From: Candidatus Zixiibacteriota bacterium | GTDB taxonomy: Bacteria > Zixibacteria > MSB-5A5 > UBA10806 > 4484-95 | Assembly: GCA_037441845.1 (NCBI GenBank) | Contig: JBBIRK010000001.1 | Location: forward strand, 63,836-127,835 | Direction: 5' to 3' | DNA length: 64,000 nucleotides | In this document: piece after piece, positions 1 to 9,156 of the stretch | Layout of the letters: the number at the start of each line of letters is the position of its first letter | Numbering within the stretch: position 1 is the first letter of the stretch | Translations under genes and position numbers: made by a program | The notes under the pieces: generated by a model | The model's database searches: none | What the model saw: the letters and a program-made list of their open reading frames with translations, nothing else | What the model was told of the DNA's origin: nothing

Positions 1-1200
1 ACGATCGGAGTCGGAGATCCGATTACCGAAGGCGACTATATTTATTCGCAGCTGAATTGGGAATATGATGAATACATGAACGACGAGGATTTCCTGATCA
101 CCGCGGACTTTTCTTTGTATCAACCGATCACCGTAACTTTCAATTTATCGTTCCGCCCCGATGTCGATATGGACGGCCACGAAGTTCTCCTCAGCTTATG
201 GGATGGTCTCGACCCCGAGGAAGATGTAAAATACATGAAAGTAATTGAAGTCAGCGGCTCCACCGCCACCGGGACACTCAATATCATTTCGGCGGATACG
301 CTTAATATCGTTCTTTTCGGAGACAGGACCAACGACGGCATAATGGGGCCGGACGACCCACTCGATCAGGGCGATTATTTGTGGGGCGCCTTGAATGTTC
401 CATTCACCGGCGATCAGACCGTAACCGTTGAATCCCAATGGTGGCAGACTGCGCATTCGTTGGTTGTGCTTATCGACAATTTACCATCCGGATGCGAGGG
501 CAAAGTGGCCAGTATCGGCATATTCGCCGATAACGCCAATCCTTTCGACGAGGAGACCCAATCGTATATGGGAGGCGGGGCCGCCGTCTATAACCGCAGC
601 GCGGTCATTTGCCCAACCCCTCATGAATGGGATACCACCTACTTTTTGGCGAATGGGGACTACGACGTTTACAGCTTGATCGATATGGACGGCACCTGGG
701 ATGATTATGAATCGGAGGGGTATAATCCGATCAGCCAGGGAGATTATTATTGCAAATTCGACCTCAGTTATACCAGCGATCCATACGCCACCATTAATCC
801 GCTCGAATTCCACGGCAACTATACGCCCGCGGTTGGTGTGACCGGCAACGTCACCTGTCCGACATTTACTCCGGGTCAGGGCGATATCTACCTTTTCCTT
901 TTCAAGACGAATCCTCTGTTCGACTCGACGGCGGAGAACGTTTCAACGATTTCTATCACCCAACCCGGCGACTACTGGATACCATATTTCCCCGATTCTA
1001 CGGTTTACGTTGTGGGATTCTGGGATGCCGATGGTTCGGGCGGAAATGAAGGTCCGACCCAGAACGACATGATCGGCGGCTATGGCGCTCCGCCCGTGGA
1101 CAGTCTCGAGCAGGTGCAGATATCGCCGTTTATCGGTGCCTCCGACATCGATTTCGAATTGAATATAGTATTCGATACCGCTCAGTTCGGCGGAAATTAA
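1..1200 (+). CDS. 5'-truncated acidic, probably extracellular protein with repeated beta-sandwich-like modules
   Basis: Frame 1 is open from base 1 (TIGVGDPITEGDYIY... runs into the ORF at 76). A D-x-D/N-G...P-x-x-[GN]D-[YM] motif recurs about every 120 aa. Confidence 0.75.
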   Translation, partial: TIGVGDPITEGDYIYSQLNWEYDEYMNDEDFLITADFSLYQPITVTFNLSFRPDVDMDGHEVLLSLWDGLDPEEDVKYMKVIEVSGSTATGTLNIISADTLNIVLFGDRTNDGIMGPDDPLDQGDYLWGALNVPFTGDQTVTVESQWWQTAHSLVVLIDNLPSGCEGKVASIGIFADNANPFDEETQSYMGGGAAVYNRSAVICPTPHEWDTTYFLANGDYDVYSLIDMDGTWDDYESEGYNPISQGDYYCKFDLSYTSDPYATINPLEFHGNYTPAVGVTGNVTCPTFTPGQGDIYLFLFKTNPLFDSTAENVSTISITQPGDYWIPYFPDSTVYVVGFWDADGSGGNEGPTQNDMIGGYGAPPVDSLEQVQISPFIGASDIDFELNIVFDTAQFGGN

Positions 1201-1221
1201 TCGGGATTGCAGTGAGGGGAT

Positions 1222-1259
1222 GCGGGCGTCGGAAGATGATTTCGGCGCCCGCTTTTTTT
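1222..1259 (+). terminator. Rho-independent terminator
   Basis: Stem GCGGGCGTCGGAA/TTTCGGCGCCCGC followed by T7, between convergent genes. Confidence 0.85.
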
Positions 1260-2499
1260 AGGCCAGGTTCAACAACCTTTTCCTGACCAAATTCAAGGCC
1301 GCATAGGCGGCTCTCATACGGTTGCGTTCTCTGTCGGTTCCGTAACGAAATTCCTCGACGACGGTATCCTGGCTGTCACACAAACCGACATACGTCAAGC
1401 CGACCGGTTTGCTTTCGCTTCCGCCGCCGGGCCCGGCTATTCCGGTTATCGCCAGACCGATTGCGGCATCGGTTAAGGCACGAACCCCCTTGGCCATGGC
1501 CATGGCGGTCTCCGCGGAAACAGCCCCATGGTCGATTAAAATCCGCTCGGGCACGTTCAAGACATTGACTTTGACCTTGTTGGCATATGCGATGATACCA
1601 CCCAAGAAATATTCCGATGAGCCCGGCACATCGGTCAACAGTTTGCCGGTTAAGCCTCCGGTACATGATTCGGCCACCGCCAGAGTGAGCTTTCTTTCTT
1701 TGAGTAAATCGCCGATCACCGCAGGCAATTCATCGCCATCGAATCCGAAAATATATTTGCCGATACGTTCGCGGAATTTGCCGACGATTTCATCGATCGC
1801 TTGGTTGGCTTTTTCTTCGGAACTCGATCTGGCCGTGAAGCGGATATCCACTCCTTTGTACCCCGGAAGGAATGCGATTTTGATTTGCGGATTCTGTTCG
1901 ATCAAACCGCCAACCTTTTCGAATATCGCCGCCTCCATTATGCCTATGGTACGTATGGTTTTCTGGATTATGAAGTTCCTCGGCCCTCTTTGTTTTAGCA
2001 TCGGCAAAACACTATCCGTAAACATCGCTTTCATTTCGGCGGGAACCCCCGGCATGGCGATCAGGATCTTGTCCCCTTCCTCGAATACGATGCCCAACGC
2101 CGAGCCGATTTTGTTTTCGATAAATTTCGCCCCCTGCGGCAATAACGCCTGGTTTTGGTTCACGGCAGGCATTGTCACCCCGAGGTCGCTGTATCTTTTC
2201 AGGAGGTCTTTCAAAACATCTTCGTGGAATACGAGCTGGCGCTTGAAAAATTTGCAAAGAGTTTTTTTGGTGATATCGTCGTGGGTCGGCCCCAGTCCTC
2301 CGGTTACCAACACGATATCGGCGCGATTCAGCGCTACGCCTAACGACGCAAGAATCGTGTCGGCCTGGTCCCCCACGGATGTGTGATAGATCAGGTCGAT
2401 ACCCGCCTCGGCCAATTTCATCCCTATAAAAGCGGCATTCGTGTCGAGCGTATGCCCTAATAACAGCTCGTCTCCGATCGTGATCAATTCGGCGTTCAT
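1258..2499 (-). CDS. cinA: Competence/damage-inducible protein CinA (MoCF-biosynthesis-like domain + NMN deamidase PncC domain)
   Basis: AELITIGDELLLG..DTNA, GGLGPTHDDIT, MPGVPAEMK, AVAESCTGG, HGAVSAETA, TGIAGPGG. The ATG at 2499 overlaps the pgpA stop. Confidence 0.95.
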   Translation of the reverse strand: MNAELITIGDELLLGHTLDTNAAFIGMKLAEAGIDLIYHTSVGDQADTILASLGVALNRADIVLVTGGLGPTHDDITKKTLCKFFKRQLVFHEDVLKDLLKRYSDLGVTMPAVNQNQALLPQGAKFIENKIGSALGIVFEEGDKILIAMPGVPAEMKAMFTDSVLPMLKQRGPRNFIIQKTIRTIGIMEAAIFEKVGGLIEQNPQIKIAFLPGYKGVDIRFTARSSSEEKANQAIDEIVGKFRERIGKYIFGFDGDELPAVIGDLLKERKLTLAVAESCTGGLTGKLLTDVPGSSEYFLGGIIAYANKVKVNVLNVPERILIDHGAVSAETAMAMAKGVRALTDAAIGLAITGIAGPGGGSESKPVGLTYVGLCDSQDTVVEEFRYGTDRERNRMRAAYAALNLVRKRLLNLA

Positions 2500-2996
2500 A
2501 ACACAATCCACTCCACTCCGATGCCTTTCATAAAGGCGATAATCATCTGCAGCAAGACGGCTGCGTAAAGCCCAGCTGCCATATCATCGGCGACCACTCC
2601 TCTTCCCCCAGGGAGTTTTTCCCATTCGCGGGCAGGGGGTAGTTTTACAATATCGAATATCCTGAATAAGACGAAAGCCAACAAAAAAGATATTATCGAA
2701 TGCGGCACCATAAACAAAGTCACCGCCTGGCCGGCGATTTCATCGATAACTATATGCCTGTCGTCGTGACCGTAAATATGTTCGGCCAAACCCGCGGTGA
2801 ACTCGGCCAAAATCCAAAGCCCGAAAATGCACGGCAACTGAAAATACCAGGCGGTCGGCCAGGCAAACCATAATATGCAGCAACACAGAAGCGATCCCCA
2901 GGAACCGGGTGCCTTGGGCAGATAACCGGTATAAAATCCACTGGCGATCGCCTTGATCGGATGGACAAAGGGCGATCGCAACAGAAACGAGTTCAC
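2496..2996 (-). CDS. pgpA: Phosphatidylglycerophosphatase A
   Basis: GYLPKAPGSWGS, DDRHIVIDEIAGQ, FVLFRIFDIVK, GGRGVVADD. Start trimmed to the GTG overlapping the pgsA stop (GTGA). Confidence 0.92.
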   Translation of the reverse strand: MNSFLLRSPFVHPIKAIASGFYTGYLPKAPGSWGSLLCCCILWFAWPTAWYFQLPCIFGLWILAEFTAGLAEHIYGHDDRHIVIDEIAGQAVTLFMVPHSIISFLLAFVLFRIFDIVKLPPAREWEKLPGGRGVVADDMAAGLYAAVLLQMIIAFMKGIGVEWIVL

Positions 2997-3580
2997 CGCA
3001 GGCTTCCTTTCAACAAACCGCTTGATTTGATCAAATAATCGATTCCGGTGGTTATCGAAAGTATAAGCGTGATCAGAATCATGATATCGAATACCAGATA
3101 AGTGGTTTGCGAATGAAACATTTTCCAATCGTATCCCGCCGGCGCCATCCAGGTCTTCATGTTTATGTATATCAATATACATGAAATAACCAGCATTTGC
3201 AGGGCTGTTTTCAATTGAGCGGCGAAAGACGGCGTAATCACCGCGCCTCGATAAGCCGCCAGCGAACGCAATCCGGTAACGGCGAACTCCCGAAAAATAA
3301 TCACGGTAACCATCCATGCCTTGGCATAACCGAGACTGACGAATGACACGAAAGCGACCGAGATCAGGATTTTATCCGCCAAGGGATCCATGAATTTCCC
3401 GAATCCGGTCATGCGGCCCAATCGCCGGGCAAGATAGCCATCGAAAAGATCGGTCAGGGCGGCGCAAAGAAAAACCACCGTGGCCGCCAGCCTGCTGTAT
3501 GGGTTTTCGATCAAAAAAAGCACCATATAGACCGGCGACAAAATTATCCGCAGGATAGTCAGCAGATTCGGTAAATTCAT
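2993..3580 (-). CDS. pgsA: CDP-diacylglycerol--glycerol-3-phosphate 3-phosphatidyltransferase
   Basis: MNLPNLLTILR and the CDP-alcohol phosphotransferase motif DLFDGYLARR..GKFMDPLADK. Confidence 0.95.
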   Translation of the reverse strand: MNLPNLLTILRIILSPVYMVLFLIENPYSRLAATVVFLCAALTDLFDGYLARRLGRMTGFGKFMDPLADKILISVAFVSFVSLGYAKAWMVTVIIFREFAVTGLRSLAAYRGAVITPSFAAQLKTALQMLVISCILIYINMKTWMAPAGYDWKMFHSQTTYLVFDIMILITLILSITTGIDYLIKSSGLLKGSLR

Positions 3581-3790
3581 CGATAATTTTCACCTCGGCT
3601 GATGCCAATGTTTTTGCCCGTCTGCACCATGCCGATTCGATGCCAATTATACAGAAAATCGGGCCGATAAGCATGGCAAATCTGCATATTAGTACGGCCT
3701 TTTCACGTGGAATGAAGTCTAATACCGCAGACTAAATACAATCCATAAAATGTTCATTAGAAAGCCGACACCCGCAAATTGAGAAAATCC

Positions 3791-3821
3791 TTGACAAGTC
3801 TTTAATTATTTTGATTATTAA
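3791..3821 (+). promoter_or_regulatory. Putative sigma70 promoter for the multi-protease gene
   Basis: Perfect TTGACA at 3791, with an AT-rich -10-like region (TTATTA/TATTAA) 18-19 bp downstream in an AT-rich intergenic region. Confidence 0.45.
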
Positions 3822-4094
3822 ATATGCAATTAACACCATCTTTGAGCTCGCATCATTTGGCCCGATTTTGGTTGACGACTCTGAATAAGGATTTAGAGTA
3901 AAAGCATTCCATAGAAATTGTTTAATTGTCGTAATACTTAGAAATTCAATGAAGATTTCAAAGGCCATAATTGATATTGCGTGGCCGTATGATACGGCCG
4001 AAAGGAGGTGTCGTCGATTGGATGCGATTTTCGATTGATCTCCCAATCAAACTCTAACCATTTGGTAAATTTAGTAGCGGAGGAGAGAGCATAT

Positions 4095-7000
4095 ATGCGG
4101 TTGGTTCAAAGTAAATTAGTTTTAGCGTTCGCCCTGCTATTTTTCGGAGCAAGTCAACTTCTCGCTGCGTTTATCGCCAACGTCCCGGATACCCAGCAGC
4201 CGCCTGCCGGTTCGTTGGGGAATCCGACTGACAACGCCTGCGCACCGACCTCGGCGGAAAACATCACCGAATACTGGGACTTGGTGATGGCTCACCCGAA
4301 CGCGCTTGGGGTCAACGCCGGGATACCATCGAATTTCGTGGTCGATTACTTATACTATTTCATGGATACCGACAACTGGGGCAGCCCTGCCCGCCTTAAC
4401 GGGACATCGGCGCAATATCCGCCGGCGCTGGGCACATATAATGTGGATATCATGCCCGGCTTCTATGAATACGTCCGATGGGATGCGACTCATCCGTTTA
4501 CGACGCCGCCACCCGCCTTGCCACCCGGCAAAAACGGTTATGACTGGTTGTTTACGACCGATTATGCGGCTGGATTCCCATATCATGTGGCTGAAATCGA
4601 TTCCGGTCGGCCGGATATAGTCTGCTTTCAATACTGGAATCCTATGCCGACTGGTGTGGTAATAAATGAACCCGGATTCGGCCCCGTTGATTTTTTCATC
4701 TGGGGACCGCCGCGCTCCAGTTCGATGCCGCCGGAGCCGATCGAAAACTGGAATTTCAACAGCGGACCCGAAGGGATCGGGCATGCGGTAACCGGAGTCG
4801 GATATTACAGCAATTTCGATCCGGACGGTGCGGGGCCGCTCCCGCAAACCGACTGGATCGTCTGCCATGATAACTGGCCGACAACACCCGTTAATGTGGC
4901 AATTCCCTGGGCAAATTGGAAAGCCACGGTTACCGCCAACCCCGGGATTATCGAAGAACCGGACAGCCTATACTGGAAAGATTTCAACGGCCCGCAGCTT
5001 CCCGGCGGTTATATGCCGGACTTCGATCAGATGCAGGACTTTAACGGCGATAGTTTGACCGAAATCGCCTATTGTGGACCGGTGGCGGTGGCCAATTCGT
5101 TCTGGTGGTTTCAGGGCAAATACCCGAACCGGACAATAATCGATCCCCTGTTCTATCCGCAGAATCCTCTCGGATTCATAGAGCTGTTGGCGGTTCTGAT
5201 GAAAACCAATAGAAACGGCATGCCGCCGTTTTTAATGAACGGGACCTATGTCGACAGCATGGAGGCCGGAATCGACCAATATCTGCGAATGATGCAGATC
5301 GATGACTTACTCTACGAGCATACGATTTACAGGCCGACTTTCGATACGATCGAATTCGAAATCGAGCGCTGTCAGGACGTGACCCTTTTGATTGGATTCT
5401 GGGTTGTTCGCGATGTCGTGGAGATCGGACCCGGCCAATGGATTGTGACGTGGGCGAGGACGGGAGGTCATTATGTGACTGCGGCCGGCGTCAACTCCGA
5501 GGAACGGCTGATCGGAATATCAGATCCACGGTTCGACAACTTCGAGGCCGGCGTATGCAACGGCGTTCTAAGAGGTGTCAACCATAATCATCCGACCGGA
5601 CACAACGACGGCGTCAGCGCCTCACACGACATCTATAGCGTCAACGATACTATGCCCTGCAGCCCGGGCGGCTTGTGGGAGCTGGAACATCCGTTCTGGC
5701 ACCAGCTCGGATTGACCTATGAATTCGCCCATCAAAATGAAGATACGGTGCTTATAACCTTACCCTGGCTCTGCCGGATTCCGCCGGTCGTAGGTGCGGT
5801 TTATTCGGAGATAGAAGCCGCGGTAATAGTTTCGCCCTACGATGGAATACCGGATATCGACGTGTTACCCGAGACATTGAACTACGTGCAGCGAGTGGAT
5901 CAAATCCAGACTTATCTTGACCAGATCATAGTCTGCAATACGGGAACCGCCCCTCTGAGCGTCGATTCGATCACCTGCGATTTATCATGGGTGACGACGT
6001 CATTCGCACCGACCGTTATCGGGCCCGGAATATGTGATACGTTTGACGTTACCATAAACACCAATGGGCTGGCTTTAGGGCTTTACAACGGCACGTTCCA
6101 TGTATATTCGACGGATCCCGACGAAGCGGTCGTGAATAAGCCCGCCATCAATGTTTTGGTAATCGCACCCAATATCAACGTCAATCCGGCGACACTTAAT
6201 CACAGCCAGGTGACGAATACGGTGGTGATTTATCCCAATGATTTCACGATTTCGAATTCGGGAACCGCGCCTTTGAATTATATCGGCTCCAATACCCTAC
6301 CATGGATAGCCCTAATCGGTATGACCGGGCATATCCCGCCCGGCGGAACTGACTTCGTCAGCCTGAATGTCAACACGACCGGCATAGCTCCCGGGATCTA
6401 TTACGACTCGGTGACAATCGTCTCCGACGACCCCGATACGCCGGTGCTGGTCATGCCGTACATTACGATTCAGGTAACTCAACAGCCGGCCGAGAGCTTG
6501 TACTGGAAAGATTTCAACGGTCCGGAGAACGCTGACGGCTATATGCCTGATTTCGACCAGAATCAGGATTTCGACAACGACGGGCAGATCGATGTGGCAT
6601 ACTGTGGGCCGGTGTCGGTCGCCAACTCGCTTTGGTGGTTCCAGGGTAAATATCCAGACAGTGTCATAGTCCTGCCTCCATTCTATCCGGGCAATCCGCT
6701 TGGTTTCGTGCAGATTCTGGCGAACATGATGAAAACCAATACGGGTGGAATCTTGGGAACGGACGTGGACAGCATGCAAGCCGGGATCGAGGCGTATTTA
6801 ACGATGATGGGGTTGAACCGCCTGCTGTATGAGCACACGATTTATCAACCGACGTTCGATACGATCGAAGCGGAAATCGAACGTTGCCAGGATGTAACAT
6901 TGCTGCTCGGAATCTGGGTTATCGATTGGGTGCAACAGGTGGGACCGAACGAATGGATAGTCGGCTGGATGAGAACCGGCGGACATTACGTAACCGCCCA

Positions 7001-7673
7001 CGGTGTGAACTCCCAACTGGGGCTCATCGGTATATCTGATCCGGACAACGACAATTTCGAGTTGGGGATTTGCAATGGCGTATTGCGCGGTCTGAATCAT
7101 ATTCACCCTGCAGGTCACAACGACGGTGTCAGCGCCTCGCATGATGTCTATAACGATAATACTCAACCGTGCAGTCCCGGCGGGCTTTGGGAGCTTGAGC
7201 ATCCATTCTGGCATGGCCCGCATCTTATAAGCCGCTATCAGAATCAAAACGGCGGGATGCGTATGCATGTGGCACCATGGCCATGTCCATGGATTCAACC
7301 GGTGCCCGGGGCTGTTTACACTGAAATCGAGGCGGCGGTCATCGTCTCCCCGATCGCCGGTTGCGATTTCGTCCCCGGAGATATCAACGGCGACGGCAAC
7401 GTGATGGGAGGCGATGTAACCTACGGCGTCCGCTACTTCAAGGGACTGGGCAATCCGCCGCCTGATTCTTGCTGGAACGACTCTACCGGCAGTTGGCTCT
7501 ATTCCGCCGGCGATGCCAACGGCGATTGTCAGTTCAGAGGATCGGATATCACATTCCTGGTGGCATATTTCAAAGGGTTCCAGCCGCGGATAAAGTGGTG
7601 TCCGCAGACTCCGCCTTTAGTGATTCCGCCGCTTATCAGGCCGAAGGAGATACTTACTGAGCCGTTGAAATGA
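4095..7673 (+). CDS. Secreted protein: three papain-fold (C39-like) Cys-peptidase domains, two Ig-like domains and a C-terminal type I dockerin
   Basis: AGGAG RBS, then ATG 4095 and a signal peptide. Three C/H/D motif sets. Two NxGTAPL...S[TD]DPD Ig-like repeats. Dockerin loops GDINGDGNVMGGDVTY and GDANGDCQFRGSDITF. Confidence 0.8.
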   Translation: MRLVQSKLVLAFALLFFGASQLLAAFIANVPDTQQPPAGSLGNPTDNACAPTSAENITEYWDLVMAHPNALGVNAGIPSNFVVDYLYYFMDTDNWGSPARLNGTSAQYPPALGTYNVDIMPGFYEYVRWDATHPFTTPPPALPPGKNGYDWLFTTDYAAGFPYHVAEIDSGRPDIVCFQYWNPMPTGVVINEPGFGPVDFFIWGPPRSSSMPPEPIENWNFNSGPEGIGHAVTGVGYYSNFDPDGAGPLPQTDWIVCHDNWPTTPVNVAIPWANWKATVTANPGIIEEPDSLYWKDFNGPQLPGGYMPDFDQMQDFNGDSLTEIAYCGPVAVANSFWWFQGKYPNRTIIDPLFYPQNPLGFIELLAVLMKTNRNGMPPFLMNGTYVDSMEAGIDQYLRMMQIDDLLYEHTIYRPTFDTIEFEIERCQDVTLLIGFWVVRDVVEIGPGQWIVTWARTGGHYVTAAGVNSEERLIGISDPRFDNFEAGVCNGVLRGVNHNHPTGHNDGVSASHDIYSVNDTMPCSPGGLWELEHPFWHQLGLTYEFAHQNEDTVLITLPWLCRIPPVVGAVYSEIEAAVIVSPYDGIPDIDVLPETLNYVQRVDQIQTYLDQIIVCNTGTAPLSVDSITCDLSWVTTSFAPTVIGPGICDTFDVTINTNGLALGLYNGTFHVYSTDPDEAVVNKPAINVLVIAPNINVNPATLNHSQVTNTVVIYPNDFTISNSGTAPLNYIGSNTLPWIALIGMTGHIPPGGTDFVSLNVNTTGIAPGIYYDSVTIVSDDPDTPVLVMPYITIQVTQQPAESLYWKDFNGPENADGYMPDFDQNQDFDNDGQIDVAYCGPVSVANSLWWFQGKYPDSVIVLPPFYPGNPLGFVQILANMMKTNTGGILGTDVDSMQAGIEAYLTMMGLNRLLYEHTIYQPTFDTIEAEIERCQDVTLLLGIWVIDWVQQVGPNEWIVGWMRTGGHYVTAHGVNSQLGLIGISDPDNDNFELGICNGVLRGLNHIHPAGHNDGVSASHDVYNDNTQPCSPGGLWELEHPFWHGPHLISRYQNQNGGMRMHVAPWPCPWIQPVPGAVYTEIEAAVIVSPIAGCDFVPGDINGDGNVMGGDVTYGVRYFKGLGNPPPDSCWNDSTGSWLYSAGDANGDCQFRGSDITFLVAYFKGFQPRIKWCPQTPPLVIPPLIRPKEILTEPLK
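4963..7353 (+). repeat. Intragenic duplication (~4963-5840 vs ~6493-7353) of the peptidase domain
   Basis: TACTGGAAAGATTTCAACGG occurs in both copies. Shared peptides include SLYWKDFNGP, YMPDFDQ, EIERCQDVTLL, GHNDGVSASHD, PCSPGGLWELEHPFWH and EIEAAVIVSP. The catalytic Cys codons are 1530 nt apart. Confidence 0.95.
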
Positions 7674-7731
7674 CCGGTCATACAGATCATCGTTCGCCAT
7701 GAGGATCGTGGCGATCGACAGGTAAATCGAA

Positions 7732-7766
7732 GCCCCCTGTCGTACACGGCAGGGGGCGCTTCATTT
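7732..7766. terminator. Hairpin between convergent genes (probable terminator)
   Basis: GCCCCCTGTCG-TACA-CGGCAGGGGGC stem; U-tracts are weak. Confidence 0.6.
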
Positions 7767-7770
7767 GCGA

Positions 7771-9156
7771 TTAAGGTTTTGCGGCGGGAATCGGGGATTG
7801 TTCGTCGGTGGCGGTCTGTATTTTGCCGACGGCGGCGATCAGACAATTATCAGGGTCGATATATTTCCGCGAAACCTCTCGAACGGCCGAGGGCGTGACA
7901 GTTTCCAGGTGGCGGAAATAGTCATCATCGTAGTTGAAAGGAAGGCCGATGAATTCGTAATAGGCCATGTTGTATGCCTGATTCACGCTATTCATGTTTC
8001 TCATCAGCGATGAGCCCCAAAGCGAATTGCGGGCTCGATCCAGTTCGATCTGAGTGACCGTGTCGGCGTGCATTTTTTCCATCTCGTCGAGAATACCGTT
8101 GCGGGCGATATCGAAATTTAGATAGCCGGTGCCGATAGCCGCCACGTACCATCCGAAATCGCCCAGCATGCTTATGTCGGCGCCTACGGAATAAGCCAGC
8201 CCCTGTTTTTCCCGCAGATTAAGTTTCAAACGCGAGGATAAAATTTCGATCGCCAATATCAAAGCCGGCGCATCGGCCGAACGCATACCCGGTGTCAGGC
8301 TTCCGATATAAATATATACCTGCTCCTTATCCAGCCATTCCATAACAAAAGAGCTGTCGCGGGCGCCGGCGTCGGCCAAGGGTCTTTCGATCGACGGGCT
8401 TTTAACCGGATAAGGGCTCATTCTCCCGAAACTCTTTTTCACCCATTTCATGACCGTCTTGGGTTCGGAATTGGAGACTATTGCCAGAATAAGGTTTTGC
8501 GGAGAATAATATTTCTTATGAAAAGAAACCAGATCCGCACGGGTGAATGATTCCACCGATTCCCGAGTCCCCATCACCGGCCGGGCCAGCGGATGATTCT
8601 TAAACAGCTCTCTGTAAAAAAGATTGCGGCACGACTGGCTGGTGGAAGACGACTCCATCCTCAAATAACCGCCCACCTGGGTTTTCGTCTTTTCGATTTC
8701 GCTCTGGGGAAACGATGGAGATGCCACCAGTTCGTAAAGGAGCTTCAATCCCTTCTCCGCGTATTCGTCGATCGTCTGGAATTTTATGAAGCTGAACGCC
8801 CGCCACGTATAGCGATCATCATATGGCAAATGCGGATCATCGTTGGTCGTAATCTGCGCCCCGATATCATCGAGCGCTTCCTGAATCTGTTCGGCGTTTT
8901 TATCGGCCGTGCCCTTGATCAGCAAGCGATTGACGAAATCGGTGATCCCCTCTTTACCGGGCTGTTCCCAGGCGGCGCGGTTGCGACCCAGAACATTTAC
9001 TCCGAATACTCTCGAATCCGGATTGTGTTTGATAATAACCACCAGTCCGTTGGGAAGCGTCTCTTTCAGAAATCCATCATCCGCCTTAGCCGAAAACGCG
9101 GTAGCGGCAATGCTTAGGTAAACCAAGATTAACGATAGAAAACGCATATCAGTCAT
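7771..9156 (-). CDS. M16 family peptidase, non-catalytic subunit, secreted
   Basis: LPNGLVVII; DFVNRLLIKGT in place of HxxEH; FHKKYYSPQNLIL; LREKQGLAY (R/Y motif); signal peptide. Confidence 0.88.
   Translation of the reverse strand: MTDMRFLSLILVYLSIAATAFSAKADDGFLKETLPNGLVVIIKHNPDSRVFGVNVLGRNRAAWEQPGKEGITDFVNRLLIKGTADKNAEQIQEALDDIGAQITTNDDPHLPYDDRYTWRAFSFIKFQTIDEYAEKGLKLLYELVASPSFPQSEIEKTKTQVGGYLRMESSSTSQSCRNLFYRELFKNHPLARPVMGTRESVESFTRADLVSFHKKYYSPQNLILAIVSNSEPKTVMKWVKKSFGRMSPYPVKSPSIERPLADAGARDSSFVMEWLDKEQVYIYIGSLTPGMRSADAPALILAIEILSSRLKLNLREKQGLAYSVGADISMLGDFGWYVAAIGTGYLNFDIARNGILDEMEKMHADTVTQIELDRARNSLWGSSLMRNMNSVNQAYNMAYYEFIGLPFNYDDDYFRHLETVTPSAVREVSRKYIDPDNCLIAAVGKIQTATDEQSPIPAAKP

Noticed and set aside
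1409-2386. 325-aa plus-strand ORF
   Set aside because: Antisense shadow of cinA with no motifs.
2997-3317. N-terminal extension of the pgpA ORF
   Set aside because: Lies inside pgsA in another frame; the GTG at 2996 gives a normal-length PgpA.
3629-3646. Possible sigma54 promoter (minus strand TGGCATCGAATCGGCA) upstream of pgsA
   Set aside because: GG-N10-GC spacing fits, but the -12 element lacks TTGC; too weak.
4963-7353. Duplicated segments as possible DGR template/variable repeats
   Set aside because: Both copies are in-frame coding, differences are not adenine-specific, and there is no reverse transcriptase in the window.
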